From sequence record PP430345: 64,000 bases of DNA. One strand, written 5' to 3'. Origin of the DNA: Escherichia phage vB_EcoM-LTH01. The notes beneath the pieces were generated by a model. It had not been told where the DNA came from and ran no database searches. It was given only the letters and a program-made list of their open reading frames with translations. The translations under genes were made by a program, and so were the position numbers. Below are positions 39,331 to 48,034 of this stretch, in pieces (positions within the stretch are counted from its first letter, which is position 1; each line of letters begins with the position of its first letter).

Positions 39331-39809
39331 ACATCTGCGGATATGAAAGCACAGACTTCATCAACGGGGAGGGTGTAAGAACCTCCCTGTGGGTTAGTGG
39401 ATGCAGTCATAAGTGCAAAGGCTGTTTTAATCAAAAGGCATGGTCATATAGTTACGGAAAAGAATTTGCAGATGAAGATATGGAGAGATTGAAAAAAGAT
39501 CTTTCTCGTAATTTTATCAGTGGATTATCGATCATGGGTGGAGAACCTCTTGACCCTGAGAATATTGATATTGTAAAAAGAATCATCAAGGAAGTAAAGT
39601 CGTCCTTTGGTGAGAGTAAAGATATCATGGTGTGGACAGGGTATCTTTTTGAAGATTTAGATGAGGAAATAAAGAAACACGTTGACTTAATCATGGACGG
39701 TAAGTATAATGAAAACAAACCTACAACTAAAAGATTCAGGGGATCAGATAACCAAAGGCTTTGGAAAAAAGTTAATGGGTACTGGTCAACTGAAGATGAA
39801 GGAGGTTAA
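39327..39809 (+). CDS. nrdG: anaerobic RNR activating protein (radical SAM)
   Basis: CSHKCKGC cluster; directly follows nrdD. Confidence 0.8.
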   Translation: MNICGYESTDFINGEGVRTSLWVSGCSHKCKGCFNQKAWSYSYGKEFADEDMERLKKDLSRNFISGLSIMGGEPLDPENIDIVKRIIKEVKSSFGESKDIMVWTGYLFEDLDEEIKKHVDLIMDGKYNENKPTTKRFRGSDNQRLWKKVNGYWSTEDEGG

Positions 39810-39810
39810 A

Positions 39811-40428
39811 GTGCCAGCTTATACAGGAATAGGTTCAAGGGAGACTCCTGAAGAAATATTAAAAATTATGGAAGATGCAGGTTGGAGATTAGCAAGAGTT
39901 GGGTACACATTACGATCTGGTGGTGCAGGTGGCGCAGATGCAGCATTCCAAAGGGGTATGCAGAGGTTTCATGAAGATTGTAATATGACCCAATCACCGA
40001 GTAGACTTGCAGAGATATATGTTCCTTGGAATAACTTTAAAGGTGGACAGGGACTTAAGGACCTGTATAATATCTCTCTGAATGAAATCGACAAAGATTT
40101 CCCACAGCATAAAGAGATGCGTTGGGATTGGGTGAAAGAAGTTCATGGTGGTTGGGATAAGTTGAGTCAGGGAGCAAGGAAGTTGCACGAAAGAAACGTA
40201 CACCAGATTTTTGGTAAAAATCTTTCAAATGCATACTTGATGCAAAGTAAATTTGTGATATACTACGCAAAGGAAACAAGAACGGGCAATCCCAAGGGTG
40301 GCACTGCTACAGCAGTCAATCTTGCAAAGAAGAGTGGAGTAAGAACACTTAATCTTTGGAAAGAAGACAACATCACAGTGCTTGAGAATTTCTTAGTTAA
40401 CTTGGAGTCAAAACGTGGTCTTAGATAA
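39811..40428 (+). CDS. SLOG/DprA-like Rossmann-fold protein
   Basis: GIGSRETP...LRSGGAGGADAAFQRG; start set to GTG 39811 after AGGAGG (ATG 39796 is an alternative). Confidence 0.4.
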   Translation: MPAYTGIGSRETPEEILKIMEDAGWRLARVGYTLRSGGAGGADAAFQRGMQRFHEDCNMTQSPSRLAEIYVPWNNFKGGQGLKDLYNISLNEIDKDFPQHKEMRWDWVKEVHGGWDKLSQGARKLHERNVHQIFGKNLSNAYLMQSKFVIYYAKETRTGNPKGGTATAVNLAKKSGVRTLNLWKEDNITVLENFLVNLESKRGLR

Positions 40429-40732
40429 AGCAAAGATGTTAAACAACACTTATGCACTTGGTCGTCCTAAAAAAGAAAAGAATTTCGTTGTTGGTATGTG
40501 GGTCAATCAGGACCTTTGGACGACAGATGGCAAAAATAAACTAATCTGTAATTTTAAAGACATGGTTCAGTGGAAGTATTTTCTTGAAAGTAAGGAGTAC
40601 GTTTCCGAGGTTGAGTTGAAAACTGGTGATCGTGTGAAAGAGGAAGATGAAGACGGAATTGAAAATTGGTTCTATGTAATCCACAAGATCGCAGAGAACG
40701 ACGGGAAGTTTAAATATTTAATCGGAATTTAA
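40415..40732 (+). CDS. hypothetical protein
   Basis: 105-aa ORF. Confidence 0.4.
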   Translation: MVLDKAKMLNNTYALGRPKKEKNFVVGMWVNQDLWTTDGKNKLICNFKDMVQWKYFLESKEYVSEVELKTGDRVKEEDEDGIENWFYVIHKIAENDGKFKYLIGI

Positions 40733-40740
40733 GGGGTGAT

Positions 40741-41211
40741 ATGGATAAGGGTATGTACGCAACAGTTGATCATCGTAAACTGATGGAATTGAAAAATTGT
40801 GGGGCTATTGTTCCTGATCGTATTGAAGAAATCGCAACAGCCCTGTTCGAAGAGTTAATATTTGGAATTAAGACTTTGCGTAAAAACAACGATGAGTATC
40901 GTGGATGGTTTTCTCGCTTATTCTTAGGCTCTCTTAGTATCGATCAGGAAGTTGATATTATGTTCTCTACTCGAAAAGAGTTGATAGAGCATTTATCAGC
41001 CATTGAGGTCCCAAGTAAGTTATGTCCAATCACGGAAGAACTTAAAGAGCAGATTATCTTTTTAGATCGTGCGGCACTTTACACTGCCGAAGCAGCAAAG
41101 ATTCTTGATATGTTCAAACGTCATCATGAAGTAATTGTTGACTCTGATCATTCTGTCGTAGTAGACTGGGTTCTGCAAAACGCTACCCGCATCCGTACTT
41201 TAATTAGCTAA
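40741..41211 (+). CDS. hypothetical protein
   Basis: 156-aa ORF. Confidence 0.45.
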   Translation: MDKGMYATVDHRKLMELKNCGAIVPDRIEEIATALFEELIFGIKTLRKNNDEYRGWFSRLFLGSLSIDQEVDIMFSTRKELIEHLSAIEVPSKLCPITEELKEQIIFLDRAALYTAEAAKILDMFKRHHEVIVDSDHSVVVDWVLQNATRIRTLIS

Positions 41212-41223
41212 GGGGGAATTAAT

Positions 41224-42069
41224 ATGGAAGAAATCGTAATGAATGGTCCGGCAAAAAACATTTGGGTGTCTCCAGTAACTTCTAACGATTGGCGTATTTA
41301 TGTTACGGATCTGCACAATTCACCTGAAGCACATATCGAGGCTGTTGACCTGATTCGTTCAGCACCAGAAGGTGATATTGTAAATCTGTACATTACTTCT
41401 TGCGGTGGTTATTGTGATATCGCAGATATGTACATGACAGCGATCTCTGAAGCTAAGGCGACTGTTGTGACACACGGCATTGGTGAAGTGGCAAGTGCTG
41501 CAACAATGATCTTCTTATCTGGTCATGTTCGAATTTGTCGTCCAGGTTCTCATTACATGTTTCACAACGTCCAGATGAGTATGGGTGGTGACTCGGCGCT
41601 GGTATTTAAACGTAGCGATTTCTACAAAGACCTGTTCAAAGAGAAATACTACGATCTGTACAAGGGTGTTATGACAGAAGATGAACTCGTTGAACTGTTT
41701 GATCGTGCTGGCGAAATTTACTTCACTTCCTCTCAGATGCAAGCCCGTTTGACCGCTGAAGATGAAGCAATTAAAAAGCAAATGGAAGCCGATCAACAAA
41801 ATACAGGGGGGATTAAGGTTGAAGGGTCAATCGAATCGAGTGATGTTGATGATGCGAAGGAAATCGGAGAGGGAGAATTTGAAATCGTCCTCGACGAAGG
41901 CTACGCCAAAAAATTCAACATCTTTACTCTTAACCCGCGAGACTTTGACGAGTACAACCTCGACGAACTAGACGAGATTGCGGAATGTTTCGGTGTTGAA
42001 CAGTACGTTTATTATCGTGACGAGTTAATTGAACAGATCATCACTGCGGCGAAAGAAGGGGGCAAATAA
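41224..42069 (+). CDS. ClpP-like serine peptidase (S14 family)
   Basis: GEVASAATMIFLSG and MFHNV matching ClpP Ser/His regions; acidic C-terminal extension. Confidence 0.6.
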   Translation: MEEIVMNGPAKNIWVSPVTSNDWRIYVTDLHNSPEAHIEAVDLIRSAPEGDIVNLYITSCGGYCDIADMYMTAISEAKATVVTHGIGEVASAATMIFLSGHVRICRPGSHYMFHNVQMSMGGDSALVFKRSDFYKDLFKEKYYDLYKGVMTEDELVELFDRAGEIYFTSSQMQARLTAEDEAIKKQMEADQQNTGGIKVEGSIESSDVDDAKEIGEGEFEIVLDEGYAKKFNIFTLNPRDFDEYNLDELDEIAECFGVEQYVYYRDELIEQIITAAKEGGK

Positions 42070-42071
42070 GA

Positions 42072-42581
42072 GTGGCAGCATTGAAACCTAAAGCAGAGCG
42101 CCGTGAAAATGATCGCTATGAAACTCCGAAATGGGCAGTAGATGCTTTCTTGAATTTAGTTCCAATCCGTCAGGATTGGACTTATCTGGAACCTTGCAGA
42201 GCCTCTGGAAGTTTTTATAATGAAATGCCAATTGGTTCAGCCTGGGGAGAGATTCAAGAAGGTGTTGATTATCTTGCAACTAAATACAATAAGGTAGATT
42301 GTGTGTTAACTAATCCACCTTACAATTTAGCTCAAGAGTTTGTAGAAAAAGCGCACAAGGATGCTGATGTAGTGATCATGCTTCTTCGTTTAGGTTTCCT
42401 TGAGAGTACCAAACGTGTTGAGTTCTGGAAGCAATACCCTGTTGATCACTTAGTTACTTTATCTAAGCGACCTTCTTTTACTGACGATGGTAAAACAGAT
42501 GGTGCAGCATATGGTTATTTTATTTGGGATAAAAAAGGTAAACTTGGTTTAACAAAACCTTTTTACTGGATTCACCCTTAA
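42072..42581 (+). CDS. small putative N6-adenine DNA methyltransferase
   Basis: EPCRASGSF (motif I-like) then LTNPPY (motif IV); only 169 aa. Confidence 0.4.
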   Translation: MAALKPKAERRENDRYETPKWAVDAFLNLVPIRQDWTYLEPCRASGSFYNEMPIGSAWGEIQEGVDYLATKYNKVDCVLTNPPYNLAQEFVEKAHKDADVVIMLLRLGFLESTKRVEFWKQYPVDHLVTLSKRPSFTDDGKTDGAAYGYFIWDKKGKLGLTKPFYWIHP

Positions 42582-42587
42582 ATTTAA

Positions 42588-42613
42588 AGGTCACCTTTGG
42601 GTGGCCTTTTTTA
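42588..42613 (+). terminator. rho-independent terminator
   Basis: GGTCACCTTTGGGTGGCC hairpin then T6. Confidence 0.65.
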
Positions 42614-42641
42614 TTGACTTGAATTCATGGATGTGTATAAT
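42614..42641 (+). promoter_or_regulatory. sigma70-like promoter
   Basis: TTGACT, 16-bp spacer, TATAAT. Confidence 0.55.
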
Positions 42642-42666
42642 GATAGTCATCAACTAGGAGAACATA

Positions 42667-42996
42667 ATGAAATATTACATTTACTTTCGAAGAGTGTTTG
42701 GTATCAAGACAAAGAAATTAGAAGGCTACGAGATGAAGGTCACCCTTGAAACTCTCAACAACCTTGAAGATTACGATGTTATTCCTGTTGCACCAAAGTC
42801 AGAAGATGAGTATAATCGTTTTGAAAGGATGCTTAAGTTAGTTGAGTGTCCGATCGATAATATTTCTTTTGTTAAGCAAGACCCGCTTGAAATCATCAAC
42901 TATCTTCGTGGTCAAAAGCAAGACATTAAGAGAAATACAAACTGGAAAGAAGAAATAAAAGATTGGTCTTTAAACTTAAGAGGGGAAAGAGTATGA
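42667..42996 (+). CDS. hypothetical protein
   Basis: 109-aa ORF with AGGAG RBS. Confidence 0.45.
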   Translation: MKYYIYFRRVFGIKTKKLEGYEMKVTLETLNNLEDYDVIPVAPKSEDEYNRFERMLKLVECPIDNISFVKQDPLEIINYLRGQKQDIKRNTNWKEEIKDWSLNLRGERV

Positions 42997-43157
42997 CTAG
43001 AAATGGTAGTTCAGCATACGAGAAGGGCCGAGCAGCCGGATTCAAGTTTGGGATGTTCAAGAGAAACAACCCGTATGATCCAAACACCATGCCGGAGCAA
43101 TTTCAAGATTGGGAATCAGGATTTACAAAAGGGTATCAAGAAAAGGGGTGGTTATGA
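42993..43157 (+). CDS. ribosome modulation factor (RMF)-like small protein
   Basis: 54 aa from ATG 42993; GRAAGF...NPY...QDWESGF parallels E. coli RMF RGYQAG...CPY...QWLGGW (recalled). Confidence 0.35.
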   Translation: MTRNGSSAYEKGRAAGFKFGMFKRNNPYDPNTMPEQFQDWESGFTKGYQEKGWL

Positions 43158-43198
43158 GTGGATATGTGGGGATGGAAATAATAGGAGAAGAGAGAGTA

Positions 43199-44449
43199 AT
43201 GAAAGTTTACTTGGTAGGTGGCGCAGTTCGTGATGAACTGATGAGTGTTGAAAGTAAGGATCGGGACTATGTAGTCGTCGGCGCGACCCATGAAGAAATG
43301 ATTGAAAAGGGATTTACTAAGGTTGGTGCAGCTTTCCCTGTGTACCTTGAACCAAACACAAAAGAAGAGTACGCTCTTGCTCGAACGGAAAGATCAACAG
43401 GTCCTGGTTATCACGACTTCGAGGTTGTGTTCTCTCCCGACGTTACAATTGAACAAGACCTGATGCGAAGAGATTTGACCATTAATGCTATTGCCAAGGA
43501 TCTTTCTACGGGTGAAATTATTGACCCTTGCGGTGGTGTACTCGATATTGAACTTCGTCGGTTACGTTGTGTATCCACTAAAGCATTTATCGAAGACCCT
43601 TTACGTGTATACCGATTAGCCAGATTACATGCCAGATACGGCGGCGAGTTTACAATTGATCCTGAGACTTGGGGAATGTGCAAGGATGTTGATTTAAGTG
43701 CATTGCCAAAAGAGCGTAAATTTGCAGAGATTAAGAAATGCTTTAGTGATCAGTCAGAAATGAATAAACCTTCGGTAATGATCCGTATGTTGACTCAACT
43801 GGGAGAATTTCCTGAGCTTGTGGATTTATACGATGTTGTTCAACCCAAGGAGCACCACCCTGAAGGTGATGCATTTGTTCACACTTTACTTTGCATGGAT
43901 TATGCCCAAGCGACTCGTGCAAGTGAAGCTGTGAAGTGGGCAGTTCTGTGTCACGACTTAGGGAAATGCATTTATTGGTTAACAGGTAAATTGCACGGGC
44001 ATGAAGAACATGGTATCAAGTTGACTGAACAAGTTTGCGATCGCTTTGGTGTTCCTAACAATTGGAAGAAGTTAGCTTTAGCTGTAACTGAGCACCATAC
44101 ACGACTTCACCGTATCAAAGAGATGAAGCCAAAGAAAGTTTACGACTTGTTGGTAGCCTTACGTGGTGAAAAGGACCAGGCATTCCTTTCTGAGTTTATT
44201 GACGCTTGCATCTGTGATGCTCGTGGTCGTGGCCCTGAAAAAATGTTTGACAACTACACCCAGCCTTTGGTATTATTCTCAGCACTGGCGGGGATTGTTC
44301 AAAACAGCGTTGCAATCTCAAAAGAAAGTAAAGAGATTTCTGAAAGATTTGCTGGACGTCCAGAAGAGATCAAGAATAGAATCCGAAATGTAAAAGTAAG
44401 GTACGTTACACAATACATCGATAAGATGAAGGAGAGTGAAAATGGTTGA
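43199..44449 (+). CDS. cca: tRNA nucleotidyltransferase (CCA-adding enzyme) with HD domain
   Basis: MKVYLVGGAVRD head motif, HD-domain histidines (CHDLGK); start at ATG 43199 after AGGAGAAG. Confidence 0.8.
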   Translation: MKVYLVGGAVRDELMSVESKDRDYVVVGATHEEMIEKGFTKVGAAFPVYLEPNTKEEYALARTERSTGPGYHDFEVVFSPDVTIEQDLMRRDLTINAIAKDLSTGEIIDPCGGVLDIELRRLRCVSTKAFIEDPLRVYRLARLHARYGGEFTIDPETWGMCKDVDLSALPKERKFAEIKKCFSDQSEMNKPSVMIRMLTQLGEFPELVDLYDVVQPKEHHPEGDAFVHTLLCMDYAQATRASEAVKWAVLCHDLGKCIYWLTGKLHGHEEHGIKLTEQVCDRFGVPNNWKKLALAVTEHHTRLHRIKEMKPKKVYDLLVALRGEKDQAFLSEFIDACICDARGRGPEKMFDNYTQPLVLFSALAGIVQNSVAISKESKEISERFAGRPEEIKNRIRNVKVRYVTQYIDKMKESENG

Positions 44450-44765
44450 AGGTTATTTGATCGGTTGTCTTATTAGTTGCCCACTTTGGTTCTTACTGAT
44501 CAAATTACGGCAGAAGGGTTTTAACATTCCGTTCCCCAAGGATAGTGAAGACCTGTATATCCTAGAACCCCTGAACAATGAAAATGTAAATTTACGTATG
44601 GTCATGGTTGGTTGGCTATGTGCAACATTCTTCTGGTATCTTGTTTACCCAATTATTATCTGTGTTGCAATTGGGTCGTACTTGGTGTTCGGTATAAAAA
44701 GTTTATGTGGCCTTACTATAGGGAATGATAAATTACTAACTAAGATCTTTGGGGTTAAAAAATGA
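44436..44765 (+). CDS. small multi-pass membrane protein (paralogue A)
   Basis: 109 aa; WFLLIKLRQKGFNIPFP; paralogous to next gene. Confidence 0.5.
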   Translation: MKMVEGYLIGCLISCPLWFLLIKLRQKGFNIPFPKDSEDLYILEPLNNENVNLRMVMVGWLCATFFWYLVYPIIICVAIGSYLVFGIKSLCGLTIGNDKLLTKIFGVKK

Positions 44766-45082
44766 CAAGTTTATTAACGTATATTTTATGTTGCATTATA
44801 AGTTCTGCCGCTTGGTTCTTGTTAATCAAGCTTCGCCAGGGTGGGTTTCGTATCCCTTTGCCAGAAAACAGTAACTTACTCGACCCTTTAAATCACGGAA
44901 ATGTTAATTATAAACTCCTGATGCTAGGTTGGTTAATAATGACTGTATTCTGGTTTGTAGGGTGGCCTTTCTTGATTTTGTTTTATGCTCTTGCGTGGAT
45001 TGTTTATTCAACTATGGTTGTTTATAATCTAACGATTGGTAATGAAAAGTTTGCAAAACGAATTTTTGGAGGTAAGAATTGA
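44762..45082 (+). CDS. small multi-pass membrane protein (paralogue B)
   Basis: 106 aa; WFLLIKLRQGGFRIPLP; same architecture and LTIGN(D/E)K...IFG tail as paralogue A. Confidence 0.5.
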   Translation: MTSLLTYILCCIISSAAWFLLIKLRQGGFRIPLPENSNLLDPLNHGNVNYKLLMLGWLIMTVFWFVGWPFLILFYALAWIVYSTMVVYNLTIGNEKFAKRIFGGKN

Positions 45083-45534
45083 AAACTCGGATGTACGTAT
45101 TGGTAAACAGCTACATGATGGGAATCCAAGCAGGTATCCAAGCAGCACATGCAGCAGCAAACCTTGTAGGTCATTATGGCTTTGCCTATGCCGATCGATA
45201 TGATGACAGATACAACCTTGTAGATCAGTGGCAAAGCAAAGACCAAACAATGATCTTGTTGAACGGAGGCTATCAATCGAAGATGCTTAATTTTGCAGAA
45301 GGATTTTTAGCTCCAAACATAGAGAAGATTCCTTACGCATTTTTCTGCGAGGAGAATGATTCTTTGAATGGTGCACTTACGGCTATTGCTTTTATTCTTC
45401 CTCAACATATGTGGGATGTTAAGTTAGTTGATGGTCGTTGTCCTCTTTTCTCTGATACAATCGATCATAAGTATACGCAAAAAGAAATGGACTTTATCGA
45501 AGCATTTAAATCTTTCAAGCTTAAGCAGGGGTAA
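45079..45534 (+). CDS. peptidyl-tRNA hydrolase, PTH2-family-like
   Basis: RMYVLVNSYMMGIQAGIQAAHAAA parallels PTH2 [25 protein letters not shown]; QWQ...ILL follows as in PTH2. Confidence 0.45.
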   Translation: MKTRMYVLVNSYMMGIQAGIQAAHAAANLVGHYGFAYADRYDDRYNLVDQWQSKDQTMILLNGGYQSKMLNFAEGFLAPNIEKIPYAFFCEENDSLNGALTAIAFILPQHMWDVKLVDGRCPLFSDTIDHKYTQKEMDFIEAFKSFKLKQG

Positions 45535-45536
45535 CT

Positions 45537-45935
45537 ATGAAAGTTTCTGAATTGATTGAAGAGTTGCAGAAGTGCCGACCAGATGATAAGGTGTCCATCC
45601 CTGTTGAGGTAGGGCATGTAACAATTGGCGGGACACCACGCCGTGAAGTAGAGGCAGTGTACAGAGGATTTGACTGGGACAGCAAGCAAGTATTTTTGCA
45701 TATTTGTGCAGATGAACGCTTGACAGTAATGTCTAAAGAGGAGTATATTGAACTCATCCGATACAAGCAGTTGGTTAGCGGAATGCGTGGTAAGCAGGAC
45801 ATTGAGCATCTGTCGGATGTATTTGTGAAGAAAGACTTTGTTATCGAGCGCCTCCAGCGCTTGTCACACGTCGAAGAGTTAGAAACTTTCGAGATCTCGA
45901 ATCTCATTTCTGAAATTATTGAGGAGAAATTATAA
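45537..45935 (+). CDS. hypothetical protein
   Basis: 132-aa ORF. Confidence 0.45.
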   Translation: MKVSELIEELQKCRPDDKVSIPVEVGHVTIGGTPRREVEAVYRGFDWDSKQVFLHICADERLTVMSKEEYIELIRYKQLVSGMRGKQDIEHLSDVFVKKDFVIERLQRLSHVEELETFEISNLISEIIEEKL

Positions 45936-46330
45936 TGACTGCACCAATTTTTGAATACGTTACACTGATCTCTTTCTTTATCTTGGGGCTGATTATCCAG
46001 ATAGTGGCAGTTGCCTATTACAATCTGAACATCGATACCATGAAAAATAAAATCGTATATCAGAAAAAGAAAAGTGTAATTGGTTATTTGTTTACATTCC
46101 TTCTATCAGGTTTTGCAATGTACCTCTCATACTCTCTGATGCTTTGGGCGGGTAATGTTTCAGATATTGCCACCGCGATTTTAGTGATTCACTGGACTGG
46201 TGTAATTTATAGTACAATGATGTGCTTTAAGAAAAAGCTTAAAATCACCAGTCATGGACTTTATGGGAGCTTCTTTTATACGTTGACACTTGTTGTGTTG
46301 ATGATCATTTATGGTGTGAAATGCCTATAA
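45935..46330 (+). CDS. hypothetical 4-TM membrane protein
   Basis: 131 aa with four hydrophobic segments. Confidence 0.45.
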   Translation: MTAPIFEYVTLISFFILGLIIQIVAVAYYNLNIDTMKNKIVYQKKKSVIGYLFTFLLSGFAMYLSYSLMLWAGNVSDIATAILVIHWTGVIYSTMMCFKKKLKITSHGLYGSFFYTLTLVVLMIIYGVKCL

Positions 46331-46420
46331 ATAAAAAAGATTGCACAAGCTGCGTAAACTTTATAAAGATTAAACAGGCCAACTGGGTTGGCTTGTGTGA
46401 CTTACATGATTGGAGGATAA

Positions 46421-47548
46421 ATGGAAAATTCAGTTGTGAGTGCTGGAAAGGTAAAAAGTATCGTAGAGAAGATGGAAAAGCATCCAGACGTAGCAAAGGT
46501 CTTGATGTTGAGTCTGGCAGGATCTCATGCGTATGGTACGAATAACGAAGGCAGTGATATTGATATTCGTGGGGTTTTTGTTGCAACTCCAAATGTGGTT
46601 CGTACCCCATTCAAAGAGGTTACTGAATTAAACATCCCTGGTGAAGAGGATGCCAAGATCTACGAGTTGGGAACTTTCCTTCAACTGTTTTCGAAGATGA
46701 ACCCAAATATCATTGAACTGGGTTTTACTGATCCGAAAGCCACATTGTACGAGCACGAAGCTTGGAAAGAGATGAAAGAACATTTCTACTCCTTACTGTC
46801 TCGTGAAGTTGCATTTCGCTTCAGTGGTTATGCAATGTCTCAGTTAAAGCGGATCAAGGGTCACAACAAACACATTAATAATCCGCAACCAAAAGAGCCA
46901 CCAACTCAATTTGACTATTTCCGTCTGGTGCAGAGCTATCTCGGAGAAGGTGAGTTGAAGTATGAAGACTTTGTTCGTAAATTTAAAAACATGGAAGGCT
47001 TCTGTACTCTGGTTCCTTACGGTGGTAACATTTACGGTGTTGTAGAAGATCGTAGTGAAGATGTTCAACCAATGTTTAATAAAGATGGTTCTATCCGTAA
47101 GCTGGATTATGAAGAAATCCCAGAGGAGGTTAAAAGAGGTAAGACACTGATGATTGTTAAGTATTGTGCAGACGATCATAAATGGGCCAAGGATAAACAT
47201 CACAACTACTGGGAGTGGGTTAAGAATCGTAACGAGAAGCGTCATGAACTGGAAGAGAAGTTCGGTTACGACACTAAACATGCTATGCATTTGGTCCGGC
47301 TTCTTCGGATGGGTGAAGAAATCCTCACAGAAGGTAAAGTTTTAGTGAATCGACCAGACGCTGAAGAACTCCTCGCAATCCGAAATGGTGAATACCGCTA
47401 TGAAGAAATTGTTGACTGGGCTGAAGAAAAAGATAAAATGATCACAGATGTTCTTTATAAGCAATCGAGCTTACCGAAGAAAACAGATCTGAAGATTGTT
47501 GAAAAACTTATTCTGGAGGCACAAGACAAGGTATGGAAGGAAACCTAA
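46421..47548 (+). CDS. Pol-beta superfamily nucleotidyltransferase (substrate unknown)
   Basis: GSHAYGTNNEGSDIDI (GS-x9-DxD) near N-terminus; 375 aa with alpha-rich C-terminal region. Confidence 0.5.
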   Translation: MENSVVSAGKVKSIVEKMEKHPDVAKVLMLSLAGSHAYGTNNEGSDIDIRGVFVATPNVVRTPFKEVTELNIPGEEDAKIYELGTFLQLFSKMNPNIIELGFTDPKATLYEHEAWKEMKEHFYSLLSREVAFRFSGYAMSQLKRIKGHNKHINNPQPKEPPTQFDYFRLVQSYLGEGELKYEDFVRKFKNMEGFCTLVPYGGNIYGVVEDRSEDVQPMFNKDGSIRKLDYEEIPEEVKRGKTLMIVKYCADDHKWAKDKHHNYWEWVKNRNEKRHELEEKFGYDTKHAMHLVRLLRMGEEILTEGKVLVNRPDAEELLAIRNGEYRYEEIVDWAEEKDKMITDVLYKQSSLPKKTDLKIVEKLILEAQDKVWKET

Positions 47549-48021
47549 TCTATGAAAAAATAATCACTGCTCTGAACATGGATGTTCAGCGAGAAAGATT
47601 TTTCGTTATCCGATGGATTGAGGAAAGATTAGCAAAAGATCAAGATAACGAAAAAGAATTGATAGAGGAAGTTACTGTAAGACTTACTGAGGAGTTTTCT
47701 TACAAGGTAAGCAACGGTATAGTTCAAAACGTGATTTTGTTTTCCGAGATAGATGACTTCTTCATGGAGAAAGATAAGCCTACGATCGATGAACTTAAAC
47801 TTCTTGAAGCTTCTATGCCAAAAATGTTCGCTTGGTTAAGTAGACTCTGTGTTGAAATACAGGAGGCATTTGATCATCCTCACTCTTGCAGTATAGACTA
47901 TCATCCTCGTGAGGCTGTTTGTAGTGGACAAGGGTGCGGAAGGATAGGTTTTGTAAACTACAAAGATTCAGAAACCAATTGGCAATTCTTCTGTGGAAGA
48001 TCTCCACGGTGTTGCCCATAA
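47533..48021 (+). CDS. hypothetical protein with C-terminal Cys/His cluster
   Basis: 162 aa; HPHSCS...CSGQGCG...FFCGRSPRCC. Confidence 0.4.
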   Translation: MEGNLIYEKIITALNMDVQRERFFVIRWIEERLAKDQDNEKELIEEVTVRLTEEFSYKVSNGIVQNVILFSEIDDFFMEKDKPTIDELKLLEASMPKMFAWLSRLCVEIQEAFDHPHSCSIDYHPREAVCSGQGCGRIGFVNYKDSETNWQFFCGRSPRCCP

Positions 48022-48034
48022 GGGGAGAGGAAAA

